From: Holosporales bacterium
GTDB taxonomy: Bacteria; Pseudomonadota; Alphaproteobacteria; RUG11792
Length of the DNA: 32,787 nucleotides
Reading direction: 5' to 3'
NCBI GenBank assembly: GCA_031263345.1
Contig: JAISFY010000040.1
Coordinates: 1-32,787 of the forward strand
Positions 16,811 through 26,053 of this stretch are shown here, piece by piece. The notes beneath the pieces were generated by a model. It was not told the origin of the DNA and did not search any database. It was given only the letters and a program-made list of their open reading frames with translations. Position 1 is the first letter of the stretch, and every line of letters begins with the position of its first letter. Position numbers and translations under genes: made by a program.

Positions 16811-18310
16811 ATGAAGAACAATTTAACGATATCTGCAGCACGAAAAGGGCTCGCGTCCGGAGAATTCAGCTCCTTCGAGTTGACAAAGTATTATCTCGAT
16901 AAGATAGAGCAGAATGTAGATTTGAATGCATTCGTCACGATCGATCGAGAAAAGAGTCTGCTTGCCGCACAAAAAGCGGATAAAGAGATTGCTGGCGGGA
17001 CTGATCTTCCTCTTTTAGGGATTCCGATTGCCATCAAAGATCTGTTTTGTACGAATGGCATCAGAACGACGGCTTGCTCAAAAATGCTTTATGATTTCGT
17101 TCCGAGGTATGAATCGACGGTTACTCAAAATCTATTAAATGATGGGGCCGTTTTTCTTGGCAAAACGAACATGGACGAGTTTGCAATGGGGTCAGCAAAT
17201 ATTACGAGTTGCTTTGGCCCTTGTTTCTTACCATTCAGAAAAAAGTCCAATCCTACAAGTAAATTGGTACCAGGAGGGTCTTCGGGAGGGTCTGCATCGT
17301 CCGTCGCCTCTGACCTTTGTGTAGCCGCGACGGCTTCTGATACCGGTGGATCGATTCGGCAACCGGCCTCTTTTTCAGGTCTCGTAGGAATCAAGCCCAC
17401 TTACGGTCTCTGCTCGCGATGGGGAATGATATCCTTCGCCTCCTCTTTCGATCAGGCGGGCCCAATCACGAAAACCGTTGAGGATGCAGGAATCATGCTA
17501 AAATCGATGGCTGGGTTCGATCCGAAGGACTCGACTTCAGCAAATACCAATATTCCCGATTACCAAAAGTGTTTGGGACGGCCGATTAAAGGTCTAAAGA
17601 TTGGCATCGTAGCCGAATTTATGGACGGTCTTTCTCAAGAAAACCTGGAATTGATCGAGAGGGCTTGTAGTTGGCTCAAGGACAATGGGTGTGAAATTAT
17701 CGATTTGTCGCTTAGGACTATCCCATACGCTCTACCAGCCTATTATATCATAGCGCCTGCTGAAGCCTCCTCTAATCTCGCTAGATACGATGGGGTAAGA
17801 TATGGATATCGGGCTGATGGGTGTAAGACCGTCGATGAACTCTTCGTAAAATCTAGGTCTGAGGGGTTTGGGGAAGAAGTAAAACGACGTATTATGACCG
17901 GGACTTATGTACTATCCGCCGGCTGTTATGACGCTTACTATTTGAAGGCTTTGAAGATCAGGGAAATAATCAACATCGATTTACAAACTAATGCATTTTC
18001 AAAGGTTGACGCCATTCTATTGATAACGACCACGAGGACAGCATTTAGCATAGAAGAATCCAATAATATGACTCCCATCGAAATGTATCTATCTGATGTT
18101 TTTACTGTAACTGCAAACATAGCCGGTTTACCAGGAATTTCGATTCCGGTCGGATTATCTGATGATGGACTACCAATGGGGGTTCAGTTGATCGGGAATA
18201 AATTTCAGGAAGAAATCCTGTTTAGGATTGCTTACGTTCTTGAAAAATGCGCAAATTTCAGAGAATTAAAAAAATCTATATTGGTGGAGGATACAGTCTA
18301 CAATGAATAA
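16811..18310 (+). CDS. gatA: Glutamyl/aspartyl-tRNA amidotransferase subunit A
   Basis: It has the amidase signature (GGSSGGSASSVA, DTGGSIRQPA). The MKNNLTISAARKGL... start matches the usual GatA N-terminus, whereas the track start at 16760 is a TTG. It overlaps gatB by 8 nt. Confidence 0.94.
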   Translation: MKNNLTISAARKGLASGEFSSFELTKYYLDKIEQNVDLNAFVTIDREKSLLAAQKADKEIAGGTDLPLLGIPIAIKDLFCTNGIRTTACSKMLYDFVPRYESTVTQNLLNDGAVFLGKTNMDEFAMGSANITSCFGPCFLPFRKKSNPTSKLVPGGSSGGSASSVASDLCVAATASDTGGSIRQPASFSGLVGIKPTYGLCSRWGMISFASSFDQAGPITKTVEDAGIMLKSMAGFDPKDSTSANTNIPDYQKCLGRPIKGLKIGIVAEFMDGLSQENLELIERACSWLKDNGCEIIDLSLRTIPYALPAYYIIAPAEASSNLARYDGVRYGYRADGCKTVDELFVKSRSEGFGEEVKRRIMTGTYVLSAGCYDAYYLKALKIREIINIDLQTNAFSKVDAILLITTTRTAFSIEESNNMTPIEMYLSDVFTVTANIAGLPGISIPVGLSDDGLPMGVQLIGNKFQEEILFRIAYVLEKCANFRELKKSILVEDTVYNE

Positions 18311-19841
18311 ATTAGCTTTGCGTCGTATAGAAAACTATCACTTTACCGAAGATCAGCGCAGAAATCTTCAAACATCAGGAGCGGCCGGTTTTCGCAACGA
18401 TGGATGGGAGATCGTTATCGGGCTTGAAGTTCATGCACAGATTTCTACCAAATCGAAGCTATTTAGCGAGAGTCCGACCGATTTTGGATCAGATCCGAAT
18501 TCGCAGGTCTCATTTTACGATGCCGCCATGCCAGGAACGTTACCAGTTCTGAATGGAGCGGCCGTCGATTTAGCGATAAAGACCGGTCTTAGTATCAATG
18601 GGACAATCAATAAAATATCACAATTCGATAGAAAAAATTATTTTTATCCAGATCTCCCTGCCGGATATCAAATATCACAACTATATTTCCCGATCATTTC
18701 CAATGGCTATATCGATATCGAGCTTGCCGATACTACCCGGTCCCTGAAGCGCATCAATATCGAGAGAATTCATATCGAACAGGATGCTGGTAAAAGCAAC
18801 CACGATTTATCGGCAGACTTTTCGTATATCGATTTGAATAGAGCTGGCATTCCACTCATGGAGATCGTTTCTAAGCCAGATATGAGATCATCGACCGAAG
18901 CAATACAATACGTCAAAAAGCTGCGGACAATCCTTCGGTACATCGAGACGTGTGACTGCAATATGGAGAAAGGGAACCTTAGAATAGATGCCAACATTTC
19001 GATTAGGAAATCTGGAGATCCACTTGGAAATCGAGTTGAAATCAAGAACATTAACTCCATCAAATTTCTAGGACAGGCCCTGGATTACGAAGCAGAACGC
19101 CAAATCGCTGCTAGAGAACATGGAGAGGAAGTAGCTCAGGAAACGAGATTATTTGATGCAGGAGCTGGAATGACACGTTCGATGAGAATCAAAGAAAATT
19201 TTGCGGATTACCGATATTTCCCAGATCCAGATCTAAAACATCTAGTTCTAACGGATGAGAGAATCGATAAAATTAGAAGAGAATTACCAGAGCTACCAGA
19301 CGCCAAGAAGGCTAGATTCGTTGAAAAATACGATCTATCTGAATCGGATGCTACCGTTTTAACTGAAGATAGAATAATGGCCCAGTATTTTGAGAAGGCA
19401 GTTACAGCTTCCAAATTCAAAGGATCCTCTAAATTGATTGCAAATTGGGTAATTGGAGAATTGTTTGCTTTTTTGAATAAAACTGGGCAGAATATTTATG
19501 ATATTAAGTTCCCGATCGAATATATCGGTGAGCTGGTTGATCTCATCCTCGATAAGACAATTTCAGGTAACATCGCAAAATCTGTTTTCGCCAAGATGGT
19601 AGAAATTAATGAAAGTCCTTCAAAAATAGTTGCAGATCAGGGATTAGCTCAGATTCGTGATGACTCATTAATTAAAACAATTGCAGAAGACATCATCAAA
19701 AATAACCCGAATCAGGTCGCTGAATATAAATCAGGGAAAAAACAGCTATTTGGATTTTTCGTAGGGCAATGCATGAAAGCTCTACAAGGTAAGGGAAATC
19801 CGGAAATGATCAATGAAATCCTGAAGGCAATGCTAGATTAA
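18303..19841 (+). CDS. gatB: Glutamyl/aspartyl-tRNA amidotransferase subunit B
   Basis: It has WEIVIGLEVHAQISTKSKLFS and a C-terminal YqeY-like/GatB domain. The ATG 18303 overlaps the gatA stop (ATGAATAA). About 35 residues precede the conserved WE(I/V)VIGLE block. Confidence 0.94.
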   Translation: MNKLALRRIENYHFTEDQRRNLQTSGAAGFRNDGWEIVIGLEVHAQISTKSKLFSESPTDFGSDPNSQVSFYDAAMPGTLPVLNGAAVDLAIKTGLSINGTINKISQFDRKNYFYPDLPAGYQISQLYFPIISNGYIDIELADTTRSLKRINIERIHIEQDAGKSNHDLSADFSYIDLNRAGIPLMEIVSKPDMRSSTEAIQYVKKLRTILRYIETCDCNMEKGNLRIDANISIRKSGDPLGNRVEIKNINSIKFLGQALDYEAERQIAAREHGEEVAQETRLFDAGAGMTRSMRIKENFADYRYFPDPDLKHLVLTDERIDKIRRELPELPDAKKARFVEKYDLSESDATVLTEDRIMAQYFEKAVTASKFKGSSKLIANWVIGELFAFLNKTGQNIYDIKFPIEYIGELVDLILDKTISGNIAKSVFAKMVEINESPSKIVADQGLAQIRDDSLIKTIAEDIIKNNPNQVAEYKSGKKQLFGFFVGQCMKALQGKGNPEMINEILKAMLD

Positions 19842-19930
19842 TTTTTAGAGAATTTTCAGCTAAAGATAGATGAAAGGCTATCACTTAACTATAATAGACA
19901 AGAAATATACCAAGGCAGTCTATCAAACGA

Positions 19931-19991
19931 TTACGTAAGATTGCTGGATGAAATATCGCTGTATTGCCTTACATCTTATCGTAAATTTTTT
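19931..19991 (+). terminator. Candidate intrinsic terminator downstream of gatAB
   Basis: The inverted repeat ttacgtaagat (19931..19941) / atcttatcgtaa (19973..19984) forms 11 bp with one bulged U. It is followed by a T6 run at 19986..19991. The stem is AU-rich and the loop is large (about 31 nt), so this call is weak. Confidence 0.35.
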
Positions 19992-20088
19992 CATGAGGCG
20001 GCCCTGGAGATAGGTCGAATCACGATTGATATCAGCCCACCATGATGATAGAATACGATTTTAAATCGAATGTACCCAATCTACATTT

Positions 20089-21297
20089 ATGCGCTGCACG
20101 GATAGATTATTCGCGGCTCTGAGAGAGGCCATTCCCGGAGCCGTATGGGCCGTTGGATTTGCATCTCTTTTGGCCAATGTGTCGACTTCAGTAGCATTCG
20201 CCGGATCAGCATTGTATCTCAAGACGGTCCTCGGAGTATCGGTCGCAACTATCGGTATGTTAGAGGCTTTGGTAGAAGCTGTCGCTTATGGAGTAAGGAT
20301 ATTTTCTGGAGTTTTGAGTGATTACCTTCGAAAACGAAAAGCGTTCTTAATCTTGGGATTTGCTATGCTTGCTGTCGCGAAACCTATTCTTGCCCTATCC
20401 AGATCCTTCGGAGAGGTTCTTATCGCGAGGGCAACCGATAGGATTGGGAATGGAATTCAGGCGTCTCCTCGGGAGGCACTGATTAGTGATCTTGCCCAAA
20501 AAGAACATAAAGGAGCTTGTTTTGGTCTAAGGCAATCCTTGGCCGTTATCGGCTCTACCCTTGGAGGGCTGTTCGGAATTGTCGTTATGCAGATGACAAA
20601 TAACAATTTTAAGATTATGTTTATGCTAGCTGGGCTACCGGCCATTGCCTCCGTTTTGATCCTAATTTTCTTTGTACACGAAAAAATCGATTCCAAAAAA
20701 CGCAAAAGAGAAAAACGAAAAATCAGAATACATGATCTAAAATTGCTAGGCAAAAAATTCTGGTTATTGATGATCATCGTAATCGCTACTATGTCAGCTC
20801 GATTCAGCGAAGTCTTTATATCATTATTCGCTTATAGTAGTTTTGGAATGGATGTATCGTACTGCACATCCGTGACAGTTGTCTATAACCTACTATCCGT
20901 TTTCGTATCATATCCGATGGGGAAATTGTCCGATCGGATGAGTCGGACGGCCATTCTATTTATCGGAATAATTTTCCTTGCCATGGCGCACTTAGCAATC
21001 GGATTCGCACACAGTCTAACTATGGTTTTCATAGGAACAATTTTTTGGGGAATTCAGAGAGGAATAACGGAGGCCATGTTTGCTACCTTAGTATCCGATT
21101 ATATCCCAAAAGATCTACGTGGGACTGGATTTGGAGCGTACTATCTCATCGTTTCCGGATCGACAGCAGGTGCGAGCGCCATGGCCGGTATTATATCTCA
21201 ATCACTCGGTGAAGGGGCTGCCTTTCTTGTGGGGGCGTGCATTTGCTGTTTCGCTCTCGTTTTGTTTCTATTTTTCAGGAAGCCCTTGTCCATCTGA
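20089..21297 (+). CDS. MFS-family transporter (substrate unknown)
   Basis: The 402-aa protein has about 12 predicted hydrophobic segments. It has an MFS-like loop motif (DRIGNG after TM2-3, and LSDRMSRT in the second half) and a central basic loop (KKRKREKRKIR). Confidence 0.75.
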   Translation: MRCTDRLFAALREAIPGAVWAVGFASLLANVSTSVAFAGSALYLKTVLGVSVATIGMLEALVEAVAYGVRIFSGVLSDYLRKRKAFLILGFAMLAVAKPILALSRSFGEVLIARATDRIGNGIQASPREALISDLAQKEHKGACFGLRQSLAVIGSTLGGLFGIVVMQMTNNNFKIMFMLAGLPAIASVLILIFFVHEKIDSKKRKREKRKIRIHDLKLLGKKFWLLMIIVIATMSARFSEVFISLFAYSSFGMDVSYCTSVTVVYNLLSVFVSYPMGKLSDRMSRTAILFIGIIFLAMAHLAIGFAHSLTMVFIGTIFWGIQRGITEAMFATLVSDYIPKDLRGTGFGAYYLIVSGSTAGASAMAGIISQSLGEGAAFLVGACICCFALVLFLFFRKPLSI

Positions 21298-22050
21298 CTT
21301 GATTATGTTTGCCGCCATCCGAATTGCGAAGTATATTGCGATTGAAAACAAGAAAAATCTCAGTTGTCCAAATACTATTCTCAATTGGATACTTGCAATC
21401 CCATTAAGTAAATATATCATAGTCACGATCCCTGTCCACAGTAATAATGCAAGGCATTTCTGAGACCATTTCGTGAGACTGATCCAGCACAATTCCCTTC
21501 CGACCGTAATGCCCGAAAAAATGTAAAGAGCCATCCAATTATAATCCTTTGCTCCATATATCAATTGAAGTGTATAAAATGCTGTAATTACTGGTAAAAT
21601 GAATATGGCAGGAGTAGGCATCGTCTTATACTTTTTTCGCAGTATATGGTATATCGCGATTTCTGAGAACGCGAAGGCGATGGCCCCGGCAATGTCGTAC
21701 CAGTCGTGAAAATGACAATATACTATCGCTGATGCTATGCAACCCAAGATAGTGGCAAAAATCACTTTCTCAGTATAATTCTGCGCTCTATAAAAAAAAT
21801 AACCGTAAAAAATTGTGGCAACATGCATATGGCCGCTCGGAAAAGCATAACCGGGGCCAAGATTTGGAAATAGCGGAATCTTAAAGAGATTCTTAAGCAA
21901 AGTATTAAAAATTATAACGAAACACACAAAACAGGCACTTTGCTCAAAATCCTCTTTACGGTAGTGAAACAAAATTCCTAACACGATGGCGAAAGCGATA
22001 ACATCTCCTTGCCCCATCTTTAGGGCAAAATAGACGAGATTATCAACCAT
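21268..22050 (-). CDS. PAP2-superfamily membrane protein (phosphatase-like) with extra C-terminal TM segments
   Basis: PSGH (FPSGHMH) and HxxxD (HDWYD) motifs sit in the expected order in a polytopic membrane protein. The Arg residues of the KxxxxxxRP and SR motifs are not evident. The 3' end overlaps the convergent MFS gene by 30 nt. Confidence 0.6.
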   Translation of the reverse strand: MVDNLVYFALKMGQGDVIAFAIVLGILFHYRKEDFEQSACFVCFVIIFNTLLKNLFKIPLFPNLGPGYAFPSGHMHVATIFYGYFFYRAQNYTEKVIFATILGCIASAIVYCHFHDWYDIAGAIAFAFSEIAIYHILRKKYKTMPTPAIFILPVITAFYTLQLIYGAKDYNWMALYIFSGITVGRELCWISLTKWSQKCLALLLWTGIVTMIYLLNGIASIQLRIVFGQLRFFLFSIAIYFAIRMAANIIKSDGQGLPEK

Positions 22051-22065
22051 TTATGAAAACTTTGC

Positions 22066-24663
22066 TTAGAATGTCGTACTGAAACCTATCAAAAATCTAT
22101 ACGGCTCGTCATATTTCTCTTTCCGAATCGGGAAAGCGTACGTAAACCTCATTGGCCCCAATGGAGTTACGAGGGAGATACCGAAACCGAGAGAAGCCCT
22201 GATCTTTTTCGTATCGCGAATCCTATGGCTCACCATTATGGAAGTAGAATCCTGATCGAAAGCGCATTCGATGTGTTCCAGCTCAGATGAAACGGAATTT
22301 GGATTCTCAGCCGTTTTTCCAACAGCCAACAAAGCGACATTATTCTGCTTATCGATAACAACCTTCTTTCCAGACTTTTTCAAAAAATTCTTTCCATTTT
22401 CCGGCGGTCCCCACAATGTTCCGAAATCTGAAAATACGAACCCTCGCATCCCGAGTTCCTCTGAGAGACCGACCGGGAAAGTGAATTCAACGGTCCCTTT
22501 CCAGTATTTGGTAGCCCCAACATAATCTCTAAAAGTAGCCGATTTAATAATAGCTTGTCCAGTTAATGGATTGAGCGATTGCATGGCTCGCACCGTTTCG
22601 GCCACAGGCCCACACCCGCAGTCATCGAATCCCCTAAACGTGTCTAATCCTAGTGCAAAGCTATCGCTGATATTCGGTTTTATACTGCCAAGCTTGCTGA
22701 GTAACCCGCAAGATACTGAAACTCTCACGTTCGTTTGCCTATTAATTGGCATAATATATGTTCCAGAAAGTTCATTTTTCAGATGCCGAGCATCCCCTCC
22801 AAGGCCAGCCACCGTCGTCGAAAGCCAAGTTTTAAATGAGCCTTTTAGCCCGGTCAAAAAAGAAGTCCCATAGCTTATCGTGTGCTTAATCGCAGAAGAA
22901 TTACATTTTCCTGGGCGTGTCGTACTAATCTGATCCCCACTCTTTTCCATGGTTTGATACTTTATGATCGGAGTTGCGTGAGGCATGACATCTTCGAATT
23001 TCCTGCCAGTTAAAGTATAATCCCAGCTCTGGGAAATTTTAGAGCTCAGGGAATACGCTGCTCCCAAAGATCCGCTAATTTCCTTTGTCGCAAAGGCATC
23101 CCATCTTGAATTTTGATACCTAGAGGCTCCAACCGTCCCGATAATATCTTTACCAAAAATGTGAGGATCGGATACGCTAACACTTACGTGGTTCAAGATC
23201 CTAAATTTACTCTTTCTGGGAACTCTGCGTTCTCTCTTAGTTACCGGGTCAATCTCAAAGCTTCGTCCCGTTCTCGATCTACTGGATCCGAGGCATACGC
23301 TGAGTGATTTTCCAGTTCCAAGGAAATTAATTTCGCTATAAGACAAATCAAGACCAATTCCTTCTTGCGTCGAATAATTTGCTGCGACCATTGCCTCACC
23401 CGTTGATCCTTCTTCGAGAGAAACCTGCAGAATACATTTGTCCGGAGCATTTGGATCCTGGATTGTTTCAATATTTACGGATTTAAAGTATCCGAGACTT
23501 CGCAGGTTAGCTTCAGCTAGCATTACCATAATTTGACTATAAGCATCACCTTCCTCGATCGCGATTTCCCTTCGAATGATATGATCGCGAGTCCTAGTAT
23601 TGCCCTTAATTATAATTTTCGAGACGTAAACTCCATCTCCCTCCAAAACGTTGAATGTAACTCTAACTACTCCATTCCCCGGCGATTTGTGAAACTTTGG
23701 CTCAATTTTAACAGAAGCAAACCCATTGTCATTTGCGCGCTTAGCAATCTTCGCTGAGTCAGCATTCAAGAGATTAATGTTAAATCTACCACCCTTTTTA
23801 CAATCCAGATCACACGATAGGTCAGCATTTCCAAGATTTTTAATATGTGACTTTATATCGATATCACCGAAATTGTATAGCTGCCCCTCGTTGATAACGA
23901 ACGTTAAAATGAATTCCTTCTTGTCATTAGATAATTCAGCCGTCGCGGAAATAACATTAGCATCAGCATACCCGCGCTCCTGATAGAATTTGACGATAGC
24001 CAGTTTATCCTCAGCCACGCGCTCAGAATCGTATGTGTCATCATTAACAAAGAACCTGTACCATCTCTTTACCCTCGTGTAAATGACATCTCTCAACTCG
24101 CTCGCAGAAAATGAATTATTACCAACAAAAACGATTCGTCCAATTCCAGCTACATCTCCCTCGTTAATTTCAAATACCAAATTTACCTGATTATTCGGAA
24201 GGCGAATAATCTTTGGCTCAATCTTAGCATTGTATCGCCCCATCTTACGATAAGCATCCAGCAACCCCTGCTGAATTTCCTTCACTTTTGCTGGAGATAA
24301 TGTCTGCTTGGCCTTTATCATGATGACCTTATTGATGTCTCTGTCCGGTAGCTTACTGTTGCCCTCAAAAGAGATTTTGTTTATAATTGGCGCCTCTTTT
24401 ACCTTCACGATCAATACCGAGCCGCGCATTTCGATAGAAACTTCCTCGAAGAACCCGGTTGCATCCAGGGCCTTTAGAGCTTCATTGATGGAGTTCGAAT
24501 CTACTTCATCTCCCACACTCAGGGGCAAATATGATTCAATCGTCTCCGGTTCAACGCGCTTATACCCGATATACTCTATCTTCGAAACGTGCTCCGCCAA
24601 TGATGACGAGGTAATGGAAACTTCAACAAGGGTACACAACAACAAATAATGCAATACTTTCAT
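22066..24663 (-). CDS. bamA: Outer membrane protein assembly factor BamA
   Basis: The 865-aa protein has a signal peptide (MKVLHYLLLCTLVEVSITSSSLA), POTRA repeats and a C-terminal beta-barrel ending in the beta-signal ...FLIGFSTTF. rseP-bamA adjacency is conserved. Confidence 0.93.
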   Translation of the reverse strand: MKVLHYLLLCTLVEVSITSSSLAEHVSKIEYIGYKRVEPETIESYLPLSVGDEVDSNSINEALKALDATGFFEEVSIEMRGSVLIVKVKEAPIINKISFEGNSKLPDRDINKVIMIKAKQTLSPAKVKEIQQGLLDAYRKMGRYNAKIEPKIIRLPNNQVNLVFEINEGDVAGIGRIVFVGNNSFSASELRDVIYTRVKRWYRFFVNDDTYDSERVAEDKLAIVKFYQERGYADANVISATAELSNDKKEFILTFVINEGQLYNFGDIDIKSHIKNLGNADLSCDLDCKKGGRFNINLLNADSAKIAKRANDNGFASVKIEPKFHKSPGNGVVRVTFNVLEGDGVYVSKIIIKGNTRTRDHIIRREIAIEEGDAYSQIMVMLAEANLRSLGYFKSVNIETIQDPNAPDKCILQVSLEEGSTGEAMVAANYSTQEGIGLDLSYSEINFLGTGKSLSVCLGSSRSRTGRSFEIDPVTKRERRVPRKSKFRILNHVSVSVSDPHIFGKDIIGTVGASRYQNSRWDAFATKEISGSLGAAYSLSSKISQSWDYTLTGRKFEDVMPHATPIIKYQTMEKSGDQISTTRPGKCNSSAIKHTISYGTSFLTGLKGSFKTWLSTTVAGLGGDARHLKNELSGTYIMPINRQTNVRVSVSCGLLSKLGSIKPNISDSFALGLDTFRGFDDCGCGPVAETVRAMQSLNPLTGQAIIKSATFRDYVGATKYWKGTVEFTFPVGLSEELGMRGFVFSDFGTLWGPPENGKNFLKKSGKKVVIDKQNNVALLAVGKTAENPNSVSSELEHIECAFDQDSTSIMVSHRIRDTKKIRASLGFGISLVTPLGPMRFTYAFPIRKEKYDEPYRFLIGFSTTF

Positions 24664-24680
24664 CGTACTAACCTCTCAGC

Positions 24681-25778
24681 TCATTTAAATAAGTAACCTG
24701 ATAAATCATTCCAAAGACCGAGTAGCATCAAGGTGGCCACTAGAACGAGCCCTATCATAAAAATTATCTCAACAACCTTCTTGGGTAAAGGACGACCTGC
24801 TACCCATTCTATTGCTGATATCAATATTGTACCTCCATCTAAAACCGGAATTGGAAGTAAGTTGATAGAACCAAGGATAATAGATAATATCGCCAACATC
24901 CATATAAAATTTGGAATCCCAGACTCTGCACTAGCGATCGATATCTTTGCTATCGATATAATTCCACCGACATTTTTTGGACTCATTTGCCCAGTTGCGA
25001 TTTTGAAAATTGAAGTTATATTATCAACTGAAGAATTATAAGTTGTAGTCAAAGCAAATACAATGCCATCGGCAGGATTTAGCTTTTTGTACTTAATGTT
25101 TTTGAGATTAGGAGTTACTCCTAGGATCTTGATTGGTACAATTTCTCCATTATTTTTAGAGTACATCTTAATTTCGACATCCTGTATCTGATCATCACCT
25201 CTTTTAACCTTAAGTTTCAAGATCTTCCCCTGAGATACAGATATTTGATCCTTAAGATCAGTGAAGGTTTTCACTCTTTTACCGTTCGCCTCGATAATAG
25301 TATCTCCGTCCCGTAAACCTGCTGTGTACGCGAGGGATAATTCATTTTGGACGGAAATCGAGTTACCGTCTTCAGGAATTCCATTAATCGTAGAAAAAAA
25401 GAATAACACGACTATCGCAAAAATGAAGTTTAAAAGAGGTCCACCAAGAGCTACAAGCAATTTTTGCCAAGGTTTCTTGCGATGAATGGACATTCGATCC
25501 ATATCTTCACTCGAATATCCGTCTGGAATTACCTCCTTTATGCTACTAACATCTGAGTCTCCAAACATCTTGACGTAGCCACCAACTGGGAAAAGAGAAA
25601 TTCGCCACTTCAGACCATTTTTACCCACTCTCTCCCATACAACCGGGCCAATTCCTACAGAAAAAGCTTCGACAAATACACCATTTTTACGCGCAATGAT
25701 GAGATGCCCAAATTCGTGTACGACGACCAAAACAAAAATAACGATTAGCAAAGAAACAACCGACCCAATAAAACCCAT
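24681..25778 (-). CDS. rseP: RIP site-2 zinc metalloprotease RseP
   Basis: It has HEFGHLIIAR (HExxH), a central PDZ region and NLLPIPVLDGG. The start at ATG 25778 (MGFIGSVVSLL...) is preferred over the track start at 25835. Confidence 0.93.
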   Translation of the reverse strand: MGFIGSVVSLLIVIFVLVVVHEFGHLIIARKNGVFVEAFSVGIGPVVWERVGKNGLKWRISLFPVGGYVKMFGDSDVSSIKEVIPDGYSSEDMDRMSIHRKKPWQKLLVALGGPLLNFIFAIVVLFFFSTINGIPEDGNSISVQNELSLAYTAGLRDGDTIIEANGKRVKTFTDLKDQISVSQGKILKLKVKRGDDQIQDVEIKMYSKNNGEIVPIKILGVTPNLKNIKYKKLNPADGIVFALTTTYNSSVDNITSIFKIATGQMSPKNVGGIISIAKISIASAESGIPNFIWMLAILSIILGSINLLPIPVLDGGTILISAIEWVAGRPLPKKVVEIIFMIGLVLVATLMLLGLWNDLSGYLFK

Positions 25779-26010
25779 ATACCTCGAAACCGATTGATAA
25801 AACATTAGCCAATAATAGGCAGCATAGCACAACAACCAGGATTAAAAAATATCAAAGGGAAAGTCAGCAAATTAAGCAATTACACCTTTAATGAGAAAAT
25901 CTTAAGTATGCTCGCCTATTTTGTTAATGAGCTGATATATAAAACTCGGTTTTAGTTTATCTTTAAGTATGGTTATAGCTTGTGAAGAGTATTTTTGTAT
26001 ACGTTGCAGA

Positions 26011-26038
26011 GGCACCAGGCGGTCCGCTGCTGAGCGCC
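26011..26038 (-). terminator. GC-rich imperfect stem-loop 16 nt downstream of the spoT stop (possible terminator or RNA-stability element)
   Basis: The minus-strand RNA GGCGCUCAGCAGCGGACCGCCUGGUGCC folds by hand into about 11 bp with two small bulges. It is not followed by a U tract, so it is not a canonical intrinsic terminator. Confidence 0.25.
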
Positions 26039-26053
26039 TTTCCATTCCAATTT

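Noticed and set aside
20013-20021. ggtcgaatc, reminiscent of a tRNA T-loop (GGTTCGAATCC)
   Set aside because: The flanking bases cannot form a T-stem, and there is no acceptor or anticodon arm. No tRNA is supported anywhere in the window.
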